From positions 5,440,001 through 5,504,000 of the forward strand of contig OY970067.1 of the NCBI GenBank assembly GCA_963705305.1: 64,000 bases of DNA, written 5' to 3'. Source of the DNA: an uncultured Methylomirabilota bacterium. Its GTDB lineage: Bacteria > Methylomirabilota > Methylomirabilia > Methylomirabilales > 2-02-FULL-66-22. The notes under the pieces are model-generated. The model ran no database searches and was not told the DNA's origin. It saw only the letters and a list, made by a program, of their open reading frames with translations. Below are positions 48,244-61,813 of this stretch, one piece after another. Within the stretch, counting starts at the first letter, position 1; each line of letters begins with the position of its first letter. The translations under genes were made by a program, and so were the position numbers.

Positions 48244-49626
48244 CTACCGCGGCTCCGTCAGCCGCCTGAGATCCAGTAGCTCCTCCAGCTCCGCCGGCGC
48301 AAGGATCTGCTGGGCCAGCGCCAGCTCGCGAACCGGCCGCCCCGTCCGCCAGCTCTCCTTGGCCAGGGCGGCGGCGCGCTCGTAGCCGATGCGCGGGCTG
48401 AGCGCCGTGGCCAGGGCCACCGTCTCCTCGGCATAGCGCCGGCAGCGCTCCGCGTCTGCCTGGATGCCGGCCACGCAGCGGACGGTAAAGGCCAGGATTC
48501 CGCGAGCCAGAAGGGTGAGCGACTGGAATAGGCTGTGGGCGACGACCGGCATCATCACGTTGAGCTCGAGTTGCCCCGCCTGGACGGCCATGGCGACCGT
48601 CAGGTCGTAGCCGATCACCTGGAAGCAGACCATGTTCAGCATCTCCGCCATCACCGGGTTGATCTTTCCCGGCATGATGGAGGATCCAGGCTGGACGGAC
48701 GGCAGGACGATTTCCGCCAATCCGGTGCGCGGCCCCGAGGCCAGCAGGCGCAGGTCGTTGCAGATCCGGATGAGATCCAGAGCCAGCGAGCGCAAGGCGC
48801 CAGACAGGCCGGCGAAGGGCCGCAGGCTCTGCATCGCGTCGAACGGATCAGCCGGCGAGAGATCCTCGCCCGTCAGCCCGGCCAGATCCTCCACCACCAG
48901 CCGCCGGTACTCCGGACGGCTGTTGAGGCCCGTCCCCACCGCCGTCCCTCCCAGGCCCAGGGCGCGTAACGCCCGGCAGGCCTCGCGCAGGAGTGCCTGA
49001 TGCGCCCCGACGGCCGTGGCATAGCCGCCGAACTCCTGCCCCAGCCGGATGGGCGTGGCGTCCTGGAGGTGCGTCCGGCCCGCCTTCACCACTTCGTCGA
49101 ACCGCTCGGAACAGCCGCGGAGCGCCTCCTCCAGCTTGCCCAGGGCGTGGAGCAGGGGGCGGACCAGACTCAGGGCCGCCAGGCGCATGGCGGCGGGAAA
49201 AACATCGTTGGTGGACTGCCCCAGATTCACGTGGTCGTTGGGGTGCACGCGCCCGTATGCCCCGCGCGGCTCCCCCAAAAGCTCCAGCGCGCGGTTGGCC
49301 AGCACCTCGTTGGCGTTCATGTGGTGCGACGTGCCCGCCCCCGCCTGGTACACATCCACGACGAACTGGTCGTGCCAGCGCCCTCCCACCACCTCCTGAG
49401 CGGCCGCGGCAATGGCGCCGCCTATGGCCGGGTCCAGCCTCCCCAGCGCCACGTTGGCACGCGCCGCTGCCAGCTTCACCTGCGCGGTGGCGACGATGAA
49501 GGCAGGGTGCGCCGTCAGGCCGCTGACGGGAAAATTCTCGACCGCACGGAGGGTCTGGATTCCATAGTAGGCATCGGCGGGAACCGCCTTTTCCCCCAGC
49601 GCATCGTGCTCAAGTCGCGTCTCCAT
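48244..49626 (-). CDS. aspA: Aspartate ammonia-lyase (fumarase/aspartase family)
   Basis: YYGIQTLRA, GAGTS, GRTHLQDA, GSSIMPGKINP. Confidence 0.85.
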   Translation of the reverse strand: METRLEHDALGEKAVPADAYYGIQTLRAVENFPVSGLTAHPAFIVATAQVKLAAARANVALGRLDPAIGGAIAAAAQEVVGGRWHDQFVVDVYQAGAGTSHHMNANEVLANRALELLGEPRGAYGRVHPNDHVNLGQSTNDVFPAAMRLAALSLVRPLLHALGKLEEALRGCSERFDEVVKAGRTHLQDATPIRLGQEFGGYATAVGAHQALLREACRALRALGLGGTAVGTGLNSRPEYRRLVVEDLAGLTGEDLSPADPFDAMQSLRPFAGLSGALRSLALDLIRICNDLRLLASGPRTGLAEIVLPSVQPGSSIMPGKINPVMAEMLNMVCFQVIGYDLTVAMAVQAGQLELNVMMPVVAHSLFQSLTLLARGILAFTVRCVAGIQADAERCRRYAEETVALATALSPRIGYERAAALAKESWRTGRPVRELALAQQILAPAELEELLDLRRLTEPR

Positions 49627-49729
49627 CGCCCCCTCCCGGACGTTCCCCACGCCCCCTCCCAGAGACACGAAGGGGGAAACCCGACTGGCCGGGTTTCCCC
49701 CTACCTGCTCTGCCGGACGAGGAGTCCGC

Positions 49730-49972
49730 TTACTGGATCGGCTCCACCAGGACCGGGTCGCCCCACCAGTGTTGCTCTTGAGCAGCCATGATGTCAGTCT
49801 TCGTGGTCTGCTTCGGCGTCGCGCGGAAGAGCGAGTACCCCATGTGCTGCCAATCCACGAACTGCGCTCCGCCCTTTCGCTCCATCTCCAGATACGGACC
49901 CCAGCTTGCACACGCGGACAGAGAAAGCATTACGGTCAATCCCAGCGCTGCCACCCACGCAAGTTTGCGCAT
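49730..49972 (-). CDS. Small lipoprotein
   Basis: MRK...LSAC lipobox; GGAGG RBS. Confidence 0.65.
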   Translation of the reverse strand: MRKLAWVAALGLTVMLSLSACASWGPYLEMERKGGAQFVDWQHMGYSLFRATPKQTTKTDIMAAQEQHWWGDPVLVEPIQ

Positions 49973-50033
49973 GGCGGTACCTCCTTTCGTTGGAAGATCG
50001 TACTCCGGCAATTCTCCCACTGTCAAGCGCCGC

Positions 50034-52289
<2,256 letters not shown>

Positions 52290-52607
52290 CTGGACCGCGC
52301 CTCGCGAGTTGCCTGTACGCCCCGCATTATCGCCCGACTGCCGCGGGGTGTCGAGGCTGTTCGAAGGTTAGGCGACGTTGCTTCTTTACGTTCCTTGTTA
52401 TGCGTAATCAACGCGAGAGCGCCCCCGCACTCCATTTGCGCGGCGTGGCCGAGGACCTTCTTCACAGATTACCGAGACCGAGTGCCAGGAAAGCACAGAG
52501 CAACGGAGCCGGCACCAATTCAGGCCGGGGCGCTTCGTGGGGGGTTCCGCCGAAGTAAGCGATTGAATGCCGGTGAGGGTCGTAGGCAGATCGCGGGCGT
52601 TGCAAGC

Positions 52608-52865
52608 TCACTCGGCCGAGGCGGACGCCGAGTCATGGTGCCCGAAGAGCCGGCGGAGCCCGCTCCAACCGCCCTTCTTCCGGTTGCTCCGAGGCCGCCA
52701 GGGCGCCTTGGCGTACCGGTGCAGGTAGTACTCCGGCCGAGTCAGAAAGTTCTCGAAGTCGACGCCCGCCTCGTGGATGGCGCAGCGGATGTATAGCTCG
52801 CCGTAGTATTCCAGCTCTTCGTCGGTCACGTGGAGCAGCGAACTGGTGTCCTGGGATTGAGCCAT
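52608..52865 (-). CDS. Small hypothetical protein
   Basis: GAGGAGG RBS; MAQSQD...85 aa. Confidence 0.55.
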   Translation of the reverse strand: MAQSQDTSSLLHVTDEELEYYGELYIRCAIHEAGVDFENFLTRPEYYLHRYAKAPWRPRSNRKKGGWSGLRRLFGHHDSASASAE

Positions 52866-53041
52866 GCGCCTCCTCGGAGCCCGTGGCCACTCTGGCGTTC
52901 GAAGCGGGATGAATATAGCACCGGACCCCGGACGCGACAACGAGAATCCCCGCACGCGAGAGCGACGCGCCGGTTGCCGGGTCGCGGTTCGAGGGCTATA
53001 CTCGATTTCCCGGTGGTGTAAGATACGCTGGGACAGGAGGC

Positions 53042-54360
53042 GTGCAAGTGGCCGGTTCAGCGCGACTCGTGGTCGCCGATTCCAAGGGGCAAATCTTCGA
53101 TCACCCCGGCCTGGGGATGGCCGGCCGGCTGGGAGCCGACGTTCGTGGACGTCCCCTCCGGAGGATCTCCTGCGGATCCCCGAGGGGACGAAGCTCTTCA
53201 CCATGCCGGGCAGCCGGCCCGTCGCCTGGGACGGGCGCCGCCGGGCGTTTCGCGCCGTGGGCCGCAGCCGGATTGCAGGTCGCAGCATCGCCTGCACCAC
53301 GGTGGCGGCGTTCCTGCCTCCGGGCTACACGCGAACCCACCTACCGGCGGCAGCCTATCCCGCACCGCAGCCGCCCCTGCCCCTCTGGCCGTACACCGCC
53401 GTGGGCTGGGACGGGGGATCGTTCGTAGCCGCCGCCATCCGGACCGATCCCATGGACCACTCGGCGGCGCGCCACTACGACGACCGCGAGCTGCTGCCCC
53501 TGATCGAGGCGCGGCGGGCGCAGGCCGCCGCCAACCCCATCCTGAACCAGCTGGTTCGCTGCGCCACCGAGTACCACTGCCTGGCAGCCAAGAATCTCTT
53601 CCTGGGGCGCTGGGAGGCGCCGCTACCCGTGGCCAACAGCTGCAATGCCGCCTGCGTCGGCTGCATCTCGTGGCAGCCCTCCACCGCCTGCGCCGCGTCG
53701 CACGAGCGCATTCGATACATGCCCACGGCGGAGCACGTGGTCGAGGTGGCTCTCCCCTTCCTCCAGAGCGTGCCCGAGGCCATCGCCAGCTTCGGCCAGG
53801 GCTGCGAGGGAGAGCCCCTCCTCGTGGCCGACGTGATGGCCGATGCCATCCGGCGGATCCGCCAGGCCACCGACCGCGGGACCATCAACTGCAACACCAA
53901 CGGCAGCCTGCCGGATCGGGTGGAGCAGATTGCCCGGGCCGGGCTGGACAGCATCCGGATCAGCCTGAACAGCGCTCTGGGCGCGGCCTACACCGCCTAC
54001 TATCAGCCCCGCTCCTACCGCTGGGAGGATGTCCGGGAGTCCATCCGCCGCGCCAAGGCTTTGGGGCTCTATACGACCGTGAACTACCTGGTTTTCCCCG
54101 GGGTGACCGACCGCGAAGAGGAGCTGGAGACATTCCTGCGGCTCATCCGCGAGACCAGGCTGGACATGGTCCAGATGCGGAACCTGAGCATCGACCCGGA
54201 GCTGTACCTCCGGATCGTGCCGCCGGCCCGCGGGAAGTGCCTGGGCATGCGGGCGGTCCTGCGCAGCATCCGGCGGGAGTTCCCACGGGTGGAGATCGGA
54301 TACTTCAACCGGCCCAAGGAGCTGTTCGGGACCACGCTGTGCGAGACGCTGGTGTTCTAG
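53042..54360 (+). CDS. Uncharacterised radical SAM protein; frameshift near 53140-53160
   Basis: GTG start with GGAGG; CNAACVGC, SFGQGCEGEP, NTNGS. Confidence 0.8.
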
Positions 54361-54382
54361 CCTTGAACCGAATAGACAGTTC

Positions 54383-54529
54383 AACCGCCATGGCGCCAAG
54401 GCTCCACAGTCCGTGGAGGCCGGCGGCTTCAATCTCATGCTCCGGGCCGTTCAGGGGTCCTGACGCGGCCCCAGTCTTGGGGCGTTCCGCCCATTCCAAT
54501 CGTGCAATTCTTGGCGTGCTTGGCGGTGA
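54383..54529. repeat. REP-like palindromic intergenic element
   Basis: accgccatggcgccaag ... cttggcgtgcttggcggt inverted ends. Confidence 0.45.
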
Positions 54530-54626
54530 GCTGTGTTCGGAATGGGGCTAGCCGCACCCGATGCCGGAGAAACCGAGAGCGCCTGACCGGGGATCCGCGG
54601 GGGCCGAGGGGCGCCGATCGCGTGAG

Positions 54627-56148
54627 CCCTAATCTCCGGCTAAGCGGTGGCCAGCCGGGCGATCTTGCGCCGCGCCCGGACGAGCAAGGCGTGCTGCAGG
54701 GCGCCCGAGAGCCGCAAGAGCGTCCGTCGGGCATGCGCGACGACCTTCCCGACGGTGTTGAACAGCAGGAACCGGAGACGCTTCGGCCGGGCGGTCCGGA
54801 GATCTCCGGGTAAGGTCAACCGCTTGAGCGCGGTGAGCAGGTTGTAGGTGAGCACGTTCAGCCGGAACCAGGCGGCGTTCGCCCCGAACTTCCCACTGGG
54901 CAGCGCGGCGGCCGCCAGCTCGGTCTTGAGGACGTGATGGGTGTGCTCGATGGTCCCTGCTTTCTCCCGGTGCCACCGGAGGATCGTGAGCCCATCCTCC
55001 GGCCGATTGGTGACCACGGCGAAGTACTGCACGCTACTCCCGTCGGCGAAGAGGCTCCCCTGGCGTCGCTGGATACGCACCGCGAGGTAGCGGCGAACGC
55101 ACGGCCGCGCCTTCCGGTGATCGCCATCCTCGGGGACGTAGGGGACTTCGGCCCAGGCCCGGATCGCCTCGGGCTCCTCCCGCTCGAGCTGCCAGGCGGC
55201 CGCGGGGAGGCGCCGGATTCCTCGGCCTGGAGCTGCGCGGACATATCGGCGCTAATCGCGTAGGCGATTTTCTTCTCCTCGCACCAGCGGAGGACCTCCG
55301 TCTCGTAGAGGGCGCTGTCGGCCCGCAGGGAGATGCGGTCCACGCCCTGGGGCAAGTTGGCCACCGCCTGTTCGAGGACGCGCACGTTGCCGCACCCGGC
55401 GGGCACCTGGCCATCGCGGAACTGGTCGTGCACGATGACATCGTGCTCGGCCCAGAGGACCACGACGGGCTGGTAGCCCCGGGTCCCGTCGTAGGCCACG
55501 GTCGCCGCGTCCTTGTGGCTCTCGACGAGCGTCGCGTCCACATCCAGGGTGGCCGTCGCCGCCCGGGCCCCGCGCTGGACGCCCGCGACCAGCGTCCGGT
55601 TCGCCTGTCCGAGGCCCGCCAAGGGGGCGGACTCCAGGGGGACCGTGGCCGCGGGCCCGGCCACCCAGAGCGGCCCGTCCTCCACGTGGAAGGCCTCGAG
55701 GAAGTCCCGGACCGTGGTCGCGGCCGGCAGGGGGTAGCCGAGCAGCGTGGCCAGGGCCTGATCCTCCCGGAGCGTCGTGAGGTCCTGGCAGCGGTCCCCG
55801 CCGCTCGTCCACAACGCGACGAGACTCTCCACGAGCTGCGAGGGGGGTAATCCGCGCTGCCGCTGCTTGACCGCAACGTGGGTGTCGACGGCCTGGGCCA
55901 CCCCGAGCTGGCGGAACAGCTCGATCACGAGCGGGACCCCGGCCCGGCCCGTGACCAGCGTGGGGTCGATCGCGTCATCGATCTCGAACGGCAACCGGGG
56001 CGAGGTGTCGGGCATCGCTCTCCTCCTTGTGGTGTTTGCACCCACTGGGTGAAACCAAGCAAGGCCGATGCCAACCCCGCGGGCCGCGCGCACTGCGGGC
56101 CGCTGCGTGATTCGCGATCCCCCTCAACTTCTTAGCCGGAGATTAGGG
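54627..56148 (-). mobile_element. IS1380-family insertion sequence
   Basis: Perfect 18-bp TIR ccctaatctccggctaag/cttagccggagattaggg; TGAG direct repeat on both flanks. Confidence 0.9.
54640..56015 (-). CDS. IS1380-family DDE transposase; frameshift near 55220
   Basis: TLDVDAT, FRDG, LRADSA, LPSGKFGANAAW. Confidence 0.85.
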
Positions 56149-56292
56149 TGAGCCGGCGGCCTTGACCCGGAGGTGCTCCGCGTGTAGAGTATCCCCGATT
56201 CACGGGCCGTGGAACGGTCGGTGCCGCGAGGACCAGTCGCCTCGCGGCGCTTTGCTTTTCACCGCTCGCGCGCCCGGCGGCATTCGGGAGGC

Positions 56293-58113
56293 ATGGTGAA
56301 GGAAGCCCGGCAGGACGTCCGCAATCTCGCCATCATCGCCCACGTGGACCACGGCAAGACCACCCTGGTGGACGCCATGCTGTGGCAGAGCGGCATCTTC
56401 CGCGCCAACGAGTACGTGGTCGAGCGGGTCATGGATTCCATCGACCTGGAGCGGGAAAAGGGCATCACCATCATGGCCAAGAACACCTCGGTGTCCTACC
56501 GCGGCGTCCGGATCCACATCGTGGACACGCCGGGCCACGCCGACTTCGGCGGCGAGGTCGAGCGGACGCTGAAGATGGTGGATGGGGTCATGCTGCTGGT
56601 GGACGCCAGTGAGGGTCCCCTCCCCCAGACACGCTTCGTCCTGCGCAAGGCTCTGGAGGCCAAGCTTCCCCCTATCGTGATCATCAACAAGATCGACCGA
56701 AGCGACGCCCGGCCGAAAGAGGTCCTGAACGAGGTCTACGATCTGTTCATTGACCTGGAGGCCACCGAGGAACAACTGGACTTCCCCGTCTTCTACTGCA
56801 ACGCCCGGCGGGGGCTCTGCCGCCTCGATCCCGACGGCCAGGACGGGCCGCTGATCCCACTCTTCGACGAGATCCTGCGGACGATCCCGCCGCCGGCCTA
56901 TGACCCGGACGCGCCCCTGCAGTTGCTCGTCACATCCCTGGACTACGACGACTACGTGGGGCGCCTAGTCATCGGTCGGATCTTCAACGGCCGGCTCCGC
57001 AAGGCCCAGGACGTCACCCTGTGCCGCCTGGACGGAAGTCTCGTCCCCGCTCGCGTCACCGGCCTCTACGGGACCCAGGGGCTGCGCCGCCTGGAGATCG
57101 AGGAGGCCGGTCCGGGCGACATCGTGGCCGTGGCAGGGCTCGCGGAGGCCAGCATCGGGGAGACCCTCTCCGACACGGAGAACCCCCGGTCACTTCCCCC
57201 CATCACGGTGGACGAGCCCACCATCGCCATGATGTTCTCCATCAACACCTCCCCCATGTCGGGCCGCGAGGGGCAGCACGTTACCTCGTCCAAGCTCCGG
57301 CAGCGGCTGGCCCGGGAGATGCTCACCAATGTCTCCCTGCGCATGGAAGAGACCGACTCCCCGGACACCTTCAAAATCTCCGGGCGGGGCGAGCTCCAGC
57401 TCGCCATCCTGATCGAGATGATGCGCCGCGAAGGGTTCGAGCTGTCGGTGGGCAAGCCGGAGGTGCTGACCAAGGAGATCGAGGGCCAGCGCCACGAGCC
57501 CATGGAGCACCTGGTAGTGGATTGCCCGGAGGAATTTATCGGCGTCGTGACCCAGAAGGTGGGCGTCCGCCGCGGCCGCATGACTCGCATGGTCAACCAC
57601 GGTAGCGGCCGGGTGCGCCTGGAGTTCCGCCTGCCCTCGCGCGGCCTGATCGGCTTTCGCACCGAGTTCCTGACCGACACCCGTGGGGCCGGGATCATGA
57701 ACCACCTCTTCGACGGCTATGCCCCCTGGCAGGGGGACATTCCCCAGCGGACCACCGGCGCCCTGGTGGCCGACCGCCACGGCCGCGCGACCGCCTATGC
57801 CAGCGGCCACCTCCAGCCGCGCGGGGTGCTGTTCACATCCGCCGGCGACGAGGTGTACGAAGGGATGATCGTGGGAGAGAACTCCCGCGAAAGCGACATC
57901 GACGTCAACATCACCAAGGAGAAAAAGCTCACCAACATGCGCGCCTCCACCGACGAGGCCACCGTCCTGCTGGTTCCGCCCCGCGTGATGAGCCTGGAGC
58001 AAGCCCTGGAGTTCCTGCGCGAGGACGAGCTGCTGGAGGTGACCCCCAAGGCGTTTCGCCTGCGCAAGAAGATCCTCTCCGCCCAGAAGCGCAAAGCCGC
58101 CCGCTTCGCCTGA
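56293..58113 (+). CDS. typA: Translational GTPase TypA/BipA
   Basis: [40 protein letters not shown]-17-TAGAGT promoter at 56162-56190. Confidence 0.97.
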   Translation: MVKEARQDVRNLAIIAHVDHGKTTLVDAMLWQSGIFRANEYVVERVMDSIDLEREKGITIMAKNTSVSYRGVRIHIVDTPGHADFGGEVERTLKMVDGVMLLVDASEGPLPQTRFVLRKALEAKLPPIVIINKIDRSDARPKEVLNEVYDLFIDLEATEEQLDFPVFYCNARRGLCRLDPDGQDGPLIPLFDEILRTIPPPAYDPDAPLQLLVTSLDYDDYVGRLVIGRIFNGRLRKAQDVTLCRLDGSLVPARVTGLYGTQGLRRLEIEEAGPGDIVAVAGLAEASIGETLSDTENPRSLPPITVDEPTIAMMFSINTSPMSGREGQHVTSSKLRQRLAREMLTNVSLRMEETDSPDTFKISGRGELQLAILIEMMRREGFELSVGKPEVLTKEIEGQRHEPMEHLVVDCPEEFIGVVTQKVGVRRGRMTRMVNHGSGRVRLEFRLPSRGLIGFRTEFLTDTRGAGIMNHLFDGYAPWQGDIPQRTTGALVADRHGRATAYASGHLQPRGVLFTSAGDEVYEGMIVGENSRESDIDVNITKEKKLTNMRASTDEATVLLVPPRVMSLEQALEFLREDELLEVTPKAFRLRKKILSAQKRKAARFA

Positions 58114-58489
58114 ACCCCTCCCCCCGCATTGTCGTCCATTCGCGCCGCCACTCCCCTTCCGACCCGAGGCCGCCTGCCTCTCCGGGCGCCGGGGGATGGG
58201 ATCCGCAATCCGAGGGGCATTATCCGTCTGGCAACCGCACTGGAAGCGCTTTCTGCTTGACACGCCCCAAACCGGCTTTTACGGTGTGTTTCGAAAATTC
58301 TCGTGTGACCCCTACGCACAGGCCGACTCTCGCGAGGGGCGCCGATCGCCCGCCGGTCGCCGGGCCACAACTTCTGTGGAGAGGTGTGCGCGGCGAACGG
58401 CCCCGAGGGTCCGGCCGGAAGTCTGGTGCCGCATGCCGCCGGTCGAAACCGGCCCGAGGCGCGGCTCGGCACGGAGGAGGCAATCGGGG

Positions 58490-59350
58490 ATGGAGAGTGC
58501 CTCGAACGGCCCGGTGAATCAGCACAAGGTGCTGCTGGCCGACAACGATCGGCTGATACGGGAGACCGTCGGGGACTTCCTCCGCTCGCTGAAGTACAAG
58601 GTGTACCTGGCGGAGGATGGCCTCGAGGCGGTGCGGCTGACCCGGAAGGTCCGACCGGCATGCGTGATTCTCGATGTCATTATGCCGAAGCTGGACGGCA
58701 GTCGCGTCTGTCGGGTGTTGCGGCACGACCCGCGCCTGCAGGAGATCGCCATCATCATCCTCTCCGGGCTGAGCCCGCGCGACTTTCGCACGTTCGCCGG
58801 ACTGAGTGGAGACGTGTACGTGGCCAAGGGCTTCCTGCCCACCGTATGCGACAATATCCGGCGGGCCATCGAACAGGTGGTCCGAGACGGGAGGCCGGAC
58901 CCGCTTGCCTGGGGAGCATTCGGGTATGAGCAGGATCGACCCAATCAGGTCGTCCAGGAGATGCTGGAAGAGCGGGAGCGCTTCGCGGGAATGCTGCAGG
59001 CACTGGGCGCCGGGGTCCTGGAGCTGGATGGAATGGGGCATATCCTGATGGCAACCCCGGGGGCCTGCGACATCCTCGGAGGAACGGAGGCGCAGCTCAT
59101 CGGGGAATCCGTGCTGAAATACTGCTCGGAGCGCAGCCGCCGCGAACTCCGGACACTGCTGCACTCCCCGGCGGCCGAGCCCGGCCTGCATCCGCAGGTG
59201 CTGAACTGCCGATTCGCGTCAGGGCTCGCCCGGCTGCGCCTCTCGACAATCCGCAACGAGGGCGCGTGCACGGGCTTCCTGATGCTCCTCGAGAACGAAG
59301 CGTCGCGCCCGGGGGAGGAGTTTCCCAGCAGCCCTCCGGCTCACGCATAA
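58490..59350 (+). CDS. Response regulator receiver plus PAS-like domain protein
   Basis: VLLADND, ILDVIMPKLDG, YVAK. Confidence 0.75.
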   Translation: MESASNGPVNQHKVLLADNDRLIRETVGDFLRSLKYKVYLAEDGLEAVRLTRKVRPACVILDVIMPKLDGSRVCRVLRHDPRLQEIAIIILSGLSPRDFRTFAGLSGDVYVAKGFLPTVCDNIRRAIEQVVRDGRPDPLAWGAFGYEQDRPNQVVQEMLEERERFAGMLQALGAGVLELDGMGHILMATPGACDILGGTEAQLIGESVLKYCSERSRRELRTLLHSPAAEPGLHPQVLNCRFASGLARLRLSTIRNEGACTGFLMLLENEASRPGEEFPSSPPAHA

Positions 59351-59403
59351 CCCTGCCGGTACAGAGCAATCCTCGTCCACTCTCCCGACCCGCTGGAGGA
59401 CAC

Positions 59404-60297
59404 ATGAACGAGTATCTGCTGTCTGTGCTGCTGGGAACTATCGAAGGCCTGACCGAGTTCCTGCCGGTCAGCTCCACCGCTCATCTGCGCATTGCCGAAG
59501 CTCTTGTCAATATCGACCTGGCCAGTGGCTACTGGAAGATGTACACAATCGTCATCCAGCTTGGCGCCATCCTGTGCCTTCCCCTGTACTTCCGCGCCGA
59601 GATCCGCAAGTTTCTGTCGACGTTCCCACAGGGTGAGCAGGGCGACCGCACGCCATGGACGCATCCTCTCGGCCTGACGATCGTGGCCTTCGTGGTCACC
59701 GCCCTGCCGGCCTTCCTGTTGACCAAGGTCATCGGCAAGCACCTGGAAAGTCTCTTCATCATCGGCAGCTCGCTGGTCATCGGGGGCATCGTGATGTGGC
59801 TGGTAGATGCCAGGAATGCCCGGTCCGAGGCGGCTGGGCCGGCGGCGACCGGAGGGCGCATTCACACCTGGCGGATGGAGGCCATGGGCCTGGGCCAGGC
59901 GGTGTGGATCGGCGCCTGCCAGATCCTCTCGGCCGTCTTCCCGGGGACGTCGCGCTCCATGTCCACCATTGCGGCCGGGCAGCTTGCCGGCATGTCGCGC
60001 GCGGCGGCGCTGGAGTTCTCCTTCTTCCTCTCGATGCCGACCATGGTGGTGGCCACCTGCTACGATCTCCTCAAGTCGCTGCGGCCCGGCCGCGAGAACC
60101 CCATCGGAGCGACCTCCATTGACGCCCACGGGTGGGTGGTTCTGGCCATCGGCTTTGCGATCTCTTTTGTCGTAGGCTACGCCAGCGTGGCCTGGTTTAT
60201 GGCCTGGGTGCGCCACCGGGGATTCACGCCGTTTGCCGTGTACCGGATTCTCTTCGGAACCGCCGTGCTGATCTGGGCTTCCGGGTTGGCCAGGTGA
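59404..60297 (+). CDS. uppP: Undecaprenyl-diphosphate phosphatase
   Basis: EGLTEFLPVSSTAH, IQLGAI, PGTSRS, EFSFFL. Confidence 0.95.
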   Translation: MNEYLLSVLLGTIEGLTEFLPVSSTAHLRIAEALVNIDLASGYWKMYTIVIQLGAILCLPLYFRAEIRKFLSTFPQGEQGDRTPWTHPLGLTIVAFVVTALPAFLLTKVIGKHLESLFIIGSSLVIGGIVMWLVDARNARSEAAGPAATGGRIHTWRMEAMGLGQAVWIGACQILSAVFPGTSRSMSTIAAGQLAGMSRAAALEFSFFLSMPTMVVATCYDLLKSLRPGRENPIGATSIDAHGWVVLAIGFAISFVVGYASVAWFMAWVRHRGFTPFAVYRILFGTAVLIWASGLAR

Positions 60298-60391
60298 GGC
60301 ACGCCCGGCTGGCTGCCTGCCGTCGACTGCGGTTCGCGCACGGAGACCCTGGACACGCCGGGGATGGGGTGCAAGGGGAGGCGGCTGCGGG

Positions 60392-61051
60392 CTACAGGTT
60401 GATCACGCGGCGGGCCATGGCCCGCTCCCATTTCGTGTTGTCGTCCGCGCCGAAGATCAGGGCCTCGTCGGCCGGAGCGGTCACCCAGGCCCCCGCCTTC
60501 ATCTCCCGCTCCAGCTGGCCTGGGGCCCAGCCGGCATAGCCAAGGGCAAACAGGCTTTGGCGCGGCCCGTTCCCCCGCCCGATGGCTCGCAGGATCTCAG
60601 GCTCCGTCGTGAGAGCGATTCCGTCCTTGACGACCCGGCTGTCCGACAGCATGAAGTCCGTCGTATGCAGCACGAAGCCGCGCTCCGGTTCAACCGGGCC
60701 GCCGAAGCGCACCAGGATCTTTCCCTTGGCTCCCTGGCCGTCCAGGCCGAAGCTCTTGAGCAGATCGGCCACGGGCGCTTCCGCCATCGGGCGGTTCACG
60801 ATGAGGCCCATGGCCCCTCCCGCCCCGTGGTAGACGACGTAAACCACCGTGCGAACAAATCGAGGGTCCCGCAGCTCCTCTGCCGCCACCAGGAGCTGGC
60901 CGCTCAGCCCGGTGGATTGAGCGGGAACTGCCGGCCCGGGCCCGCCACCGGGACCCAGGGGGATGAAGCCGACGGCCAGCCCCCCCGCCAGGATTGCCAG
61001 GGTCAGCGAGAGCCACAGGCTCAGGCCACGACAACGCGTTCCCACGGACAT
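60392..61051 (-). CDS. YqgE/AlgH family protein
   Basis: DPRFVRTV, GLIVNRP, FGGPV, GYAGWAPGQLE. Confidence 0.9.
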   Translation of the reverse strand: MSVGTRCRGLSLWLSLTLAILAGGLAVGFIPLGPGGGPGPAVPAQSTGLSGQLLVAAEELRDPRFVRTVVYVVYHGAGGAMGLIVNRPMAEAPVADLLKSFGLDGQGAKGKILVRFGGPVEPERGFVLHTTDFMLSDSRVVKDGIALTTEPEILRAIGRGNGPRQSLFALGYAGWAPGQLEREMKAGAWVTAPADEALIFGADDNTKWERAMARRVINL

Positions 61052-61336
61052 GGTCGAACCGCCTCGATCTGAGAGCTTGGGGATAGAGTATAGCAGATCA
61101 ACTCTGTCTCTTCCGCATTTCTCTCTTCGCGCCTCCGGCCACGCACGCGGGAGGTCGGATCGTCGCCCGTCGCGTTCCCTCCTTGCGCCTTCGGCTTCCT
61201 CTTGCTATACCTTGGAGGACCCTCTCCAAGGACGAGAGATCGCGCAGACTTCTCCGGTCCTCAGGGACCCACATCGCCGCTGTCGGAAGACACGACATAT
61301 CTTGCGCCCCCTGCTGGTCGAGTGCGAGGCTGCCCC

Positions 61337-61609
61337 ATGGGGCTTCCCCCCAATATGTTCGGAGAGCCCGGTGCCCCCAATCGCCAGCGCTGGTTCTCCG
61401 GCTTCCAGCGCGGCCTGGCGCTCTGGCCTCTCTGGATTCTGTTGCGCCTAGCCTCGCTCTTCCTTCCGGCCCGGCACCCCATGAAGGGGCTCAGATTCTC
61501 TTCCTTCCGGACCCACGGCAGCGAAGCCGCCTGCTGGATCGGCATCGGCCTCTGGGCGCTCGTCGCCATCTGGCTTTGGAGTATTTCCATGATTCTCAGC
61601 TCCGGTTGA
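61337..61609 (+). CDS. Possible small membrane protein
   Basis: Trp-rich hydrophobic ORF; no family recognised. Confidence 0.3.
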   Translation: MGLPPNMFGEPGAPNRQRWFSGFQRGLALWPLWILLRLASLFLPARHPMKGLRFSSFRTHGSEAACWIGIGLWALVAIWLWSISMILSSG

Positions 61610-61813
61610 GCCGCCTCCGGGTCTTTGGACCCCCCGCGCCGACAGGGATCCCATCTTGACACCGATCCGAAAAGCCGGTATCTTGCGACCCTCCGCTCCG
61701 GGTGCCGCCGCTCCGGGAATGGTTCCCGACGGGCGGCGTACTGAGCCGCATCTCCACAGGCTGTTCCGTCCGGTCCAGGTTGTGTTCATTTCCGAGCCGA
61801 CGCGAGCGCTCCA

